A stretch of 64,000 nt of DNA, taken from Azolla caroliniana. Lineage: Eukaryota > Plantae > Polypodiophyta. Below, one piece after another: positions 37,966 through 49,302 of this stretch. Each line of letters begins with the position of its first letter. Position 1 is the stretch's first letter. The position numbers and the translations under genes are program-made. The stretch spans positions 16,058,001 to 16,122,000 of the forward strand of contig JBHGNT010000005.1 of assembly GCA_043228905.1 (NCBI GenBank), in the 5' to 3' direction. The notes beneath the pieces are model-generated. The model was not told where the DNA came from. It ran no database searches and worked only from the letters and a program-made list of their open reading frames with translations.

Positions 37966-40900
37966 TGTTAAGAGTCTATTAATAATCAATAGACCAAAGT
38001 AAAGTAAAAGAAGGAAAATAGATTGGATAGAAGAACTTGTTGCACCCGACCACCCCCGAGCTATGATCTAGACATAACCAACCTACCATCGACGTCCCAT
38101 ACCGCCCGATATTAGGAGGACTAATACCTTGGAAGAGATAAATACGATCGTCGAGACGAAAGCCTAGCCCACACCACCAGTGTCTAAGACAGCAGCCTTC
38201 CGATGTAAAAAATCCTTATGAGGGTAGCTAAGCCTCATATTTATACGTTTTCCTGGGCCCCTTGAATAGATATGCCTTTCTAAAAAACTCTCCATTCATT
38301 GGTTGTCCAAATCATGATAGTGCATGCACATATAATTCCTTCTATCCAATCATTAGTCCCCTTTTTAACATTAGTGAACATACCTTTCGCTAATGTAAAT
38401 ATTAGTGACCTACCCTCACAAACGTTATGTGTACATAACATACTCCCCTACTTCAAAAGATTGCACTCTTGCAATATAAAGTGAGGAAATTGTGCCTTAA
38501 GAGTATGCTCGCGTTCCCATGTGGCATCATCAATAGGTTTATCCATTCATTTGATCTTGAATAGCCGAATCTCTTTAGAACGTAAACATTTAGTACGAGA
38601 ATCAAGAATTCGTTCAGGAACATGAGGTTTGTAAGAAAAATCCTCTAATGTTACAAGATCTTGGATTGTGATGGTGTTATCACAAGAGCCTAAAAATGGT
38701 TTTAGACAACTGATGTGAAAAACAAGAGGAATTCATACCAACGTTACGGGTAAGGCAAGGTGATAAGCAAATGACCCAACCTACTTAAGGATTTCAAATG
38801 GGCCACAATATCGTGGGGCTAACTTAGCGCACTTGCCCGTAGACAATGATGTAGAGTCAATAGGGACACGCAAAAAAACTTTTTGACCAATAGTAAATGC
38901 ACGAGGAAGCCTATCCTGATTAGCGTAAAATCGAGCACGATCTTGAGCTGTCTTGACATTCTCTTTGGCAATATGCAACATTTGGTTCATGTCTTGCAAA
39001 AAATTGTGTGTATTGTCTAATGTATCATGATGAATCGTGACATCAACTGGGACACGTGGCTGAAAACCATACATCAACATAAAAGGACTATATCCAGTGG
39101 ATGTATGTTTAGAGCTATTATAGGAAAATTCTAAGATAGGAAGGTATTGCTCCCACTTAGAAGGGGTTTTTGCTACATAAGCTTGAAGCACGTCCTCAAT
39201 AATTTGATTAACTCGTTCAGTTTGTCCATCAGACTAATGATGATCTACGGAACTCATGCTCAACGTAGTTTCTAGTTCCTTAAAGACATGAGTCCAAAAG
39301 TCACTAGTAAACTTGGAATCGGATCACTAACAATATCCATCGGTAATCCATAGAAATAAAATAACTCATCAACAAATTGATAAGCCAATTGTTGAGCGGT
39401 TACCGTGGTTTTGGTAGGAATAAATCTAGCCAATTTTGTTAGTCTGTCAAAGACAACCCAAATGGCATCATGACACCTCTGTGTACGAGGTAAACTAACA
39501 ATAAAATCCATCGAGATATTTTCCCATTTGTTGTTGGGAATAACTAAGGGATGTAAAAGACCCGTAGCTTTAAGTCGTTCCGACTTATTAATCTGACATT
39601 GTAACCATTGAGTTACGTATTTATGCACGCCATAGCGCATCTAGGCTAGAAAAAAGTACTCAAGATGAGAACGAGTGTGCGTTGTATTCCAGGATGACCA
39701 GCAGATGGTGCATCATGACATTCGTGAAGAATTTTCTGTTTTACATTTGGTAAATCTGGAACACAAACCTTTCCACTACAGTAGAGCAAACCATTTGTCA
39801 TGTGAAAGGTCACCTTCGAGGGTAGGCTGCTAATATCGGCATCTAAACCAGATTTGGCTTTCGTCCAGTATTTCAAAAGATAACTATCATCAAGGTATTT
39901 CCCTCAAAGGTGATCTAAAAGATCAGATTTTATTTTCGTGAAGCTAAGCGTGTTAACTTCTTTAATGCGACTAAGAGTATCCGCAATAGTGTTCATAGAA
40001 CCCTTGCGATACCGTATGGAAAAATCAAAATCTTGAATAAGGTCAGCCCAACAGCCTTTACGACTAACAAGATCTGGTTGGTCACAAAAATACTTCAATG
40101 ATTGATGGTCTGTTGTAACCACAAATTTATTTCCATAGAGATAGTGCCTCCATGTTTTAAGTGCATGTATTACCGCAAACAACTCTTTCTCTTGAACTGA
40201 ATACCGAGATTGAGCGGCATCAAGCTTCTTACTTTCAAAAGCAATATGATGACCGCCTTGATAAAGAACGACACCAATAACATAATCATTAGCATCGGTT
40301 TCGATTGAGAAAGACTTAGAAGGGTTTGATAATAGAAGAGTGGGAGCCTGACACACATGCTCTTGAGTGTCTCAAATGATTTGCCAGGTTATTCATTCCA
40401 TGCAATTGGTTTCTCAGACTTACGTGGATGACCTTTCAAAAGGTCAGTTAATGGCGTAGTCAATTTGGAATAGTTACGAATTGATTTTCGTAAAAGTCCA
40501 ACAAACCCTAAGAATGATCGCAGTTCACGAATATTACGAGGAATGGGAAAAAGTTTAACCTTTTCAATATGAGAAGGTTCAATTTCAACACCATTTTCCG
40601 TAATTAAATGACCTACGTACACAATCGATTTTTGGAAAAAATCACATTTTGAATGTTTTGCATAGAAAGAGTTGTCACGCAACTTTTGTAAAACAAATTG
40701 AACATGTTGAACATGATCTTGCAAGATATGGTGTCGTAGTGTATTTCATACACTACGTGAAAAACATATAAAATAACCGATTGAATAAATATGAAGAAGA
40801 AGAAAGAAATATCAAAATACATATTACATGCATAAGGCAAGAATCAAACCTTGTACCTCCATGTTAACAATGTAAAGCCTTACCATTACACTAACATATC

Positions 40901-43900
40901 ATTAGTGTCAAAAATTAGATGTCCCACATAGAAAGCTAAGTTCACGCTGTCGTAGTGTATTTCGTACACTACATGAAAATAATATAAAATAACCGATTGA
41001 ATAAATATGAAGAAAAAAGAAGAAAATATCAAAATAAGCATTACATGCATAGGGCAAGATTCAAACCTTGCACCTCCATGTTAATAATGTAATGTCTTAC
41101 TATTGCACTAGCATTTCATTAGTGTCAAAAAGTAGATGTTCCACATAGAAAGGTTAGTTCACCTAGGATATACTTTAGTTAAAAGAAAACGCATGCTAAA
41201 AGAAAAAGCTACGCATGCACATCTAGCGTGCATGAACGCTATAGTTGATAAAAAAAATGCACAAGTTAGAAAAGACATGATCACTTTAGATAAAGCATAT
41301 AGTCTATCTATAGGAAAAGCATGGAGTCTATAGTTAGAGAAGAAAAAGCATGGATTGCTAAGACTCCCTCATCACTACATAAGGATGGGGATTCGGGAAC
41401 ACAATGTAATGGGGGGGGTGTGAAATATTTGGGAAATTGGATATATTTCCTAAAACACCAATTAATATAATCGTGGGATTCACGAAGTTTTATATAATCT
41501 ATCTCTTCCAATCTATGATAAATTGTTATTAGGATTCTAAATATTAATAAATGTAATAATCTATACTTGTGGGATTCACAAGTTCCTATCTCTCTTTCTA
41601 ATAATCTATCCATAACTATAAACTTGTCTCAAATTCTTCCTCCGCCTAGTCCAAAACCCCAACGATTCCCACCCGACTCACACAACAATCCGGCGCCGAA
41701 AGGCACAGCAACGCTAGGATAAACTTTAGGAAAACGCATGATAAAAGAAAAAAGCTACACATTCACATCTAGTGTGCATAACACTATAGTTGATATAAAA
41801 AAACGCATGACTTTAGAAAAAGCATCTTAGAGAAAGCATATAGTCTATTGATAGAAAAAGCATGGAGGGCATACTTAGAGAAAAAGCATGGATTGCCAAG
41901 ACTCTCTCATCAATATATAAGGATGGGGAGCACAATGTAATAAGGGTGTGGAATAATTGGAAATTGGATATATTTCTAAAAACACCAATTAATAAACTAT
42001 ACTCGTGGGATTCACGAGGTTTCTATATCCTTCTTTTTCAATCTACATTCATATTCTTACATAAATATTGATTAATATAATACTTGTGGGATTCACAAGT
42101 TTTGATCTCTTTTCTCAATCTACTCTAATCTATTCTAAACTATTTCAATTTATTACTATGATTAAGATAAACTAAAACAACTATACTAGTGGGATTCACA
42201 AGTTTCTATCTCTCTTTCTAACCATCTATTCATAACTAGATTAACCTCAAATTCTTCTTCCTCATAGTCCAAAACCCCAGCGGTTCCCACCCGATTCACG
42301 CAACGATCCGGCGCCGAAAGGCACGACAACGACAATATATCAAAATATCATCCAAGAAGATGACAACAAAATCATCGAGCTGATCTCAGAAAACGTCATT
42401 CATCGCTTGTTGGAATGTGGCTGGAGCATTAGTCAACCTAAAAGGCATGACTAAAAACTCATAATGGCCATAGCGCGTACAAAAAGCGGTTTTAGGAATA
42501 TCATCTTCGGCAATGCGAATCTGATGATCACCTATTTGTAAGTCAATTTTCGTAAAATATTGAGCCCCATGCAAACAATCAATCAAATCATCGGCACGAG
42601 GTAACAAATATGCATTTTTAATTGTCATTTTATTCAAATGGCGATAATTTATACATATCCGCCATCCTTCTTCTTTACTAATAGAACTAGCGCACCCCAA
42701 GGTGATTTATTATACCTAGTGTGGCCCATACTCAAGTATTCCTTAAGTTGTGTAGCGATCTCATCCTCTTCTAATCGACTAAGTCGGTAAGGTGGAATGC
42801 TCATAGGAGCAACACCGGGGATGAGTTCAATTTGATGGTCCACATTACGTTTTGGTGGTAAAGTAAGCAGCAATTCGTTAGGAAACACGTCTTGAAAATC
42901 GTCTAAAATAGAGTCAAGTAATCGTTGTTCATAATGTGGTAATTGTGTGGCGTCAATATTAAAATAATAAAATTGAAGCGCAAGATCAATTACATACGAA
43001 TAAATTAATGAACTAGAATACTCACTTAAAGATTTAGAAGACACAAGTGAACGAGAAGGAAGTTTGGAAAATTGAATCAAATGTTTACAATTATTAAGTT
43101 AATCAATGGACAAAGAAGGGTTTTTATTAAAAAACCAAGGGTATCCTAAAATGACATCTGCGGATTGTAGTTTCATAACATGAAAGTCAAGCTTCTCCAA
43201 ATAGGTATCTATTTGAATTGGCAGTTGACAAACAATGCCACTGATGTATTGAAGGCTTCCATTTGCCATGTGAACTTGATAGATATGATCACTTGCGTTT
43301 GTGGAGTTCCATTTGCTGCACAAAGTGATCATTAAGAAAATTGTGAGAACTACCGGAATCAAACAAGAAATTTGCTTGTGTTCCATTGATATACCCGACT
43401 GCTCGGAGTAAATCATTTGGTCCAAGTAAATGTGAAGGAAAAGTGCATTCACATGAATTTAAGTGGTTGGTATGAACTTCAACAACATCAAAAGACTCAC
43501 CTGTGTGACTCGTAGATTTGTCTTGAGGAGGGGTGTTCATTGACTTCCTCTCAAGGCGATGACAGGTATCCTTTGTGTGACCCCGTTTCTTGCAATATGC
43601 ACAGAAGAGGTTCGGTTTCTTGGAGTCGCGGTCAAGAGTGTCATTGGATTGCTTACGTTTCCCAATGAACTTGACATTTAGAGTTTTGGCGAACTCAGGT
43701 TTATTGTGGTCTTTCTTGGAAGTCTTATGGTACCGAAGTACAATGTTGATGGCTTCCTCGAAAGTTGTGGGGTCCTTGTCATGGACAATCGAATGGTAAT
43801 CCCCATTTGGAATATCATTCAAAAAGCAAGCAACAAACCATTTCTCACCCGTAAGTCCCGATTTTTGGATCTAGGTCCGAGCATGATGCACATAATCCTC

Positions 43901-44660
43901 GAGAGAGGTAAATGGCTTACTCAACAACGTGAGCAAGTGTTGCGCTTGTTCAGTTTGAGAAGGTGGCTGCAAAAACTGTTTCTTAAAAACATCAACGAAA
44001 CCTTCCCAAGTTGTGGGTAAGTTCTCTACAGTCCTTATGCCACGCCACTAAGCAACAGCTCGGCCACCTAAGTCACGACCGACATAACCAATTTTTACAG
44101 CATCAGGCTTGGGGTGGAGCTCAAAATGAGACTCCCAACGACCAAGCCAAGTGCTAATGGCCTCCTCGATTCTTTCTTTCTTATCTCCCTTGAATGGTTC
44201 ACCTTCTTTCTTGGACTCAATAGTCAATTCTTGGAATTTCTTCTCCAATGCCATATTGGCCTGCCTCATTTCGGCCAATTGATTCAAGGTAGTAGTGAGC
44301 AATTTCTCAATAGTAATCTCAACTTGTGTGAGAGATGCAGATTGGAGTTGAGAGGTCTCGGTCGGAGACATTGCTCCAACAGCGTTCAAAACTTGTTCCA
44401 TGATGCAAGCTATGGGTATGCAATATAAATAAGGAGGTTCAGAAAATACACAAGCAAAATGAATGCTTGAAATTTTGATTGGAAGAACTTTACCAAAAAA
44501 GCATCCTAGACATATGAGATGTGATTCGAGATCTGATAACTATGGTAAAACTATGGTGTTTTAAAAACCATGGGGGAAAACATAGCTAAGATGTCTTTCT
44601 CGGATCTCTATCTTGAATAATCATGGCGGCTCCCTAAGGCTCAACCATGGTTCTAACATC
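37966..44660 (-). mobile_element. Decayed Ty3/gypsy chromovirus (gag, PR, RT, RH, IN, chromodomain); 3' LTR 37966-38440
   Basis: CAYCKKRGHTKDTC knuckle; FDSGSSHNF; [11 protein letters not shown]; ISMDFIV; PRYCGPFEI; DDATWEREH chromodomain; PPT 38441-38450; tgtta/taaca LTR ends; 5' end unclear. Confidence 0.85.
40732..42328. mobile_element. Solo LTR containing a second same-family solo LTR (40948-41710)
   Basis: Both start TGTCGTAGTG; inner copy flanked by ACGC/ACGC (40944-40947, 41711-41714); removing the outer copy and 4 bp restores host RT FLDDILIYCRILQDHVQHV. Confidence 0.8.
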
Positions 44661-45360
44661 AATGTAGTTTCCTAGTTAGCCTTATATTAGAATGTCAACC
44701 CAACATGTATTGATATGGTCGAGAAAGTGTATTACGTGAAAAAAACAAGTGCACTCGCAAGTAATATTCTATTCTTGCGAGTAACAAGCAAATGTGATGA
44801 GAAAAATGATAAAACAAGGCACTACCCATTAGAGGCAAGTAGTGACAAAAACAAGGGTCAAAAAACCCATGTGCTACCTACTAAAAGAACAATGTCACAA
44901 ATAAATGGGGGGTGCGAGGTATGCACATATACATCCCAGTATGATGGTTGTAATTTGCACAATTGTGACATAAGCCACAAATTGATACGCAAAGATGTGG
45001 TACTCAAATCCATGAAGAAACATCAATAGAGGAACTCACGTGGTTTTACTCGAGTTCTAAGGCTCGATAATATGAGTTAAACATAGATGATCCGTTGGAA
45101 AAAATCGTTCAAAAAAATAGCATGATGCCCACTCCATGCGAAAAAAATAGTCTACACGGAAGCGTTACATCATAGGTAAATGCACGTAAATACTTTATAC
45201 ACGAAAAGGGAGGGGGGAAAGGAGAGTTAATTGTGGGCGAGTAAAAAACAATTATGAGATAATCATATAAGTGAAATGACAATTTGTGGAATTAGAAATT
45301 AATTAGAATAATAAACAATTAGGTGTATGGAACATTAAGCATGCCTTAAGGTACAAAACC

Positions 45361-45602
45361 CTAGAGTAGTCGACATGCACCTCCTCAAGACCACCACATT
45401 TCCCTAGAATCGGCCAAGTGATGGCTCAATAAAGAGTAAAGTGACATAGATAAGCAACATATACCTCGTCAAGGCCACAACATCCCATAGAATCGGCCAA
45501 GTGATGGCTCAATAGAGAGTAGCGTGGCATAGGTAGGCGACATACACCTCGTCATGGCCACAGCATCCCATAGACTCGGCCAAGTGATGGCTCAATAGAG
45601 GG
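45361..45602. repeat. ~83-bp tandem repeat, about 3 units
   Basis: taga(a/c)tcggccaagtgatggctcaata recurs near 45404, 45488 and 45571. Confidence 0.85.
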
Positions 45603-45705
45603 AAGAGTGGCATATTCAACATCATATGCAAAAGGGCCATGAGGTGAGTGTGTGCGATTAGGGCAAACACGCTCGACCCAATGCACAACAATAATTAATA
45701 TCGTT

Positions 45706-48317
45706 TATCTAGTACCGATCCAGCAAGTTATATGTAAAACTCCAGCTCCTACCGGATTGCCTTTCGAATCACTTAATACGTATCCGATTCTTAATTACAT
45801 GCGTGTGATTAATAGTTACAGCACAAACGACAAGTACGCAAGGGAACAATAAGATTAAAAATAACCAGGCTTAACTTGTATTACTTCCGTAACATTTATA
45901 CATCGATCCGGATCCTTTTATAGGCATTCAGTACAGATTACAAAACGGTGCCTTACCGGCTACCGACTACCAATCAATGCGGATCCGGATCGGTACAACT
46001 ATCCGGATCCGTTCTTTCCCTAATAATTACTAACTAATATCTACATTATTAATCCGATCCGACTCTTCCCCGTCCACACTTCTCCTCCGGATCATACTCT
46101 TAGGCCAACACATGGCACACTCGTGGGACAGTGCATTGCATGTCGAACCCACAAGTTAGCTCCTTCAATCTTCATCGAGTGTGTCCAATATGCTCTAGTC
46201 CAGGGGTTCGAGTGGTTCCTCCTCTGTTTCCGTCCTCTACTGTTGCTGCTCCTATTCAAATCCCTCCAACTCTAATGTGGTTTGTAGTTGGTCATCCTCG
46301 AATCCTTCAAGAAGCCTTCAGATCGCGTCCATTTGTGCATCGACTAGGGCATAAAAATCGTCAGTCAACTCCTCCTGGATGATGATAACACTAGCTTCAT
46401 CCATCTTGTAGAAATTATCTTCGTTCTTCTTCTGGTTCTCGGCATCAGCTCAGAGAAGTTGAAGTTAGGCCGCTTGCTTGGCCCACTAGCTCCAGATCGC
46501 CGCGGAGCACTCCTCAGTCTTCTCTTTCATCCGTTCCCATTGAGCTCCGATTATAATCTGGATAATGCTTTATGTCCATCTTCATTTTGTCCTCCATCGC
46601 ATCTTTGTCCTTCTTCAGTTGCTTTATTAACGCCGTCGTGGCCGCTTCCTGTTCTTGATATTCCATAATCTTGGTTTGGAAGGTCGTGTGTACCTTATTT
46701 AACACCATTTTTTATTGTTCTCCCTCCTGATAATGTTGTGACACCAGCTCCATCCGTTCCTTTGTCACTTCCACCAACACCTTCGTCGTTGTTTCCGCCA
46801 TCAACCGTCTATGTTCCATCAGCGCCTCTGATTTCTCCTTCAGCTCTGCTTGGACCTCTCTAAGTTTTTCTTGTCACCGATCATAGTCTGTCTCCAACTT
46901 TTTATGATCCATCTCCAACTTCTTATAATCTCGGTACAACTTCTCAAAGTCCTCTGATTTTTGCTTGAGACATCGAGTGACTTGTGATTGTAGCCGATCT
47001 TCCCTATTCTTTTGTTGTCGGATTTTTTCCTTGAGCCGTTCAATTTCCGTTTCTGTCGTGCACCCGACTTTATCTTTTTCTTGCAGTAGACTTTCTTTTT
47101 CCCCATTTAGCCGGCCATTGTTGCTTTGTGTCTTTCCGAGACTTTCCTCGGTCCTCCGTTTCTCCTCCTCGGTTGTCTTTCATGGTTCTTTTTCTTTCTC
47201 TCTCAGTGCCGCTTGCACAACCAACTCTTCCTTGAGTGCTTTGATTTCTTTCTTCCACTCACGCTCATTCTCCGGTGTCGTGCTAACCACCAGATCTGCT
47301 TCTTTCTCCGGAGCTTCTTCCAATATCACTGGTTCAATCACCTCTGGTGGTGGTGTTGGAACCGGGGTTTCTAGTTCTGCATGTGTTGGTGACGGAGTTC
47401 CCGACTCCAATGTCTGCTCTGATCCGGCTCGCCCGGGGTATCGTGACTGGATCTGTATTTTGAGTGGATGCTCCGCTCATCTTTGTCTAATCCCGACTCG
47501 AATGCCGAAAAGGCCTCCGAATCTCCAGTTCTTGTTACTATTAAATTTTGCATTATCGATTCGGCATCGAGCAGATTGGTAAGGCTGCTTCCTTCGTCTG
47601 AGTGTCGTTGATTCTGAATCTGGACCATTTCCTCCGCTACCCATCGAAGCACTCTGGGAAAAGTCCTTTCCTATTGGATCTCTTCTGCAGCCTGTTGGCA
47701 AGCTTCCCGCTGCCGCAATCGATTGGCTAATCTTCTCACTCACTCGGTCACTATATCATTCCTCTATCTAAACATTCATTCCCCGTTGTTCATTGCTTTA
47801 TGCAAGAACCGTGGTCGCAAAATTGTGTTTATCGTGGGCCGGACTAGCCGCAAACACAAGGTGTCCTATCTGGAACACATCTCCAAAGGGGTGGTTGGGA
47901 TATGGATGATTATCCGGTACCGATCCGGCAAGTTATACGTAACACTCTGGCTCCTACTTGATTGCCTTCTAGATCACTTAATATGTATCCGGTTCTTAAT
48001 TACATGAGTGTGATTAATAGTTATAGAATAGACGGCAAGTATGCAAGGGAACAATAAGATTAACAACAAACACACTTAACTTGTATTACTTCCATAACAT
48101 TTATACATCAATCCGGATCCTTTTATAGGCATCCGGTAAAGATTACAAAATACTGCCTTACCGGCTACCGGCTACTAATCGGTGCATATCTGGATCGGTA
48201 CAACTATCCGAATCCCTCCTTTCCCTAATAATTACTAACTAATATTTACGTTATTAATCCGATCCAATGCTTCCCCGTCCGCACTTCTCCTCCGGATCAT
48301 ACTCTTAGGCCAACACA
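45706..48317 (+). mobile_element. Non-autonomous LTR element lacking gag-pol (5' LTR truncated, ~45706-46112; 3' LTR 47824-48317)
   Basis: Diverged direct repeats ending ggccaacaca; tRNA-Arg-like PBS tggcacactcgtgggac 46113-46129; interior holds only a broken antisense Glu/Lys-rich ORF. Confidence 0.75.
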
Positions 48318-48688
48318 TACCACGAAGCTAAGTTATTTTTTAGAACTATATTTTCATCATTATACTTTCGCATGTCTATTTTCATACATGAGAGCTCAAA
48401 TGAGTGAGACCGCTATCATGCATCACATGTAATGCATGTACGCCAAATGACGATTATACATCACATGCATTTCATGCATTTCATGCATTGCATGCATGCC
48501 TTGTATCCTCACATGCATCATATGCATGGGGACACCTATAAAAAGAGGGGAAAGTATGAAGGGAATCAAGAGAGAGTTAGAAAATCAAAAAATCAAAATC
48601 AATAAAAACAACTTAGTTTATCTACAAAGTGTCTTGTGTTTCTAGGGAGTAATAGGGAGGCTAGATTATGTTTCATTTATGTAAAGAA
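48318..48688 (+). repeat. LTR fragment related to the 31663-32737 LTR (opposite orientation); target of the copia insertions
   Basis: cctcacatgcatcatatgcatgggga..ctataaaa resembles the reverse complement of ~31925-32000. Confidence 0.6.
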
Positions 48689-49302
48689 TGATGGAAATAA
48701 TCGACACTTTCCAAACTTCACTTCTCGGCCACAACCAAGGAAACACACGAATCGTTGTTGCAGAAAATGGGAAATGCAAAAATAAGTAAGTGGACACGCG
48801 ATTTAACGTGGAAAACCCTGTACGGGAAAAACCACGGGAGTACAAGACTCCGAACCAAAACTATGCACAGAGAAATATACAATGGCGAGCTGCAAGGCGA
48901 CGACCTTGAGCTCGCTGTCCTTGCCACAGGCGGCGGGATTACACAGAGGCGTCGACCTCTTCCTCTCTCGCGCTCTATCTCTCTCACGGCTGCTCTCTCT
49001 TCACTCCTCTTGAGTGGAAAAACAGAAAAATGAGTAGCAACAACAAAACTGTTTGCCCTAAGTCATATTTATACACATATGACTTTAGGGCTATTTACAA
49101 CTATAGCCACAAGGGCCCTTGGCAAACATATTCACAGATATGTCCCCGCATCCGGATCTCTCTTCGGGTACATTCGTCATCCGGCTCCGAAGCCGGGGTC
49201 TTCATCATCCGGTTCCGAAACCGCAACCGGGCTTGTCGTCATTCATCTCCGACATCCGACCATCCCATCCGAAAGGGACCGTAATCCCAACAAACTCCCC
49301 CT

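Noticed and set aside
44664-45360. 5' LTR of the 37966 chromovirus
   Set aside because: A degenerate iMet-like PBS lies near 44650, but the sequence does not visibly match the 37966-38440 LTR
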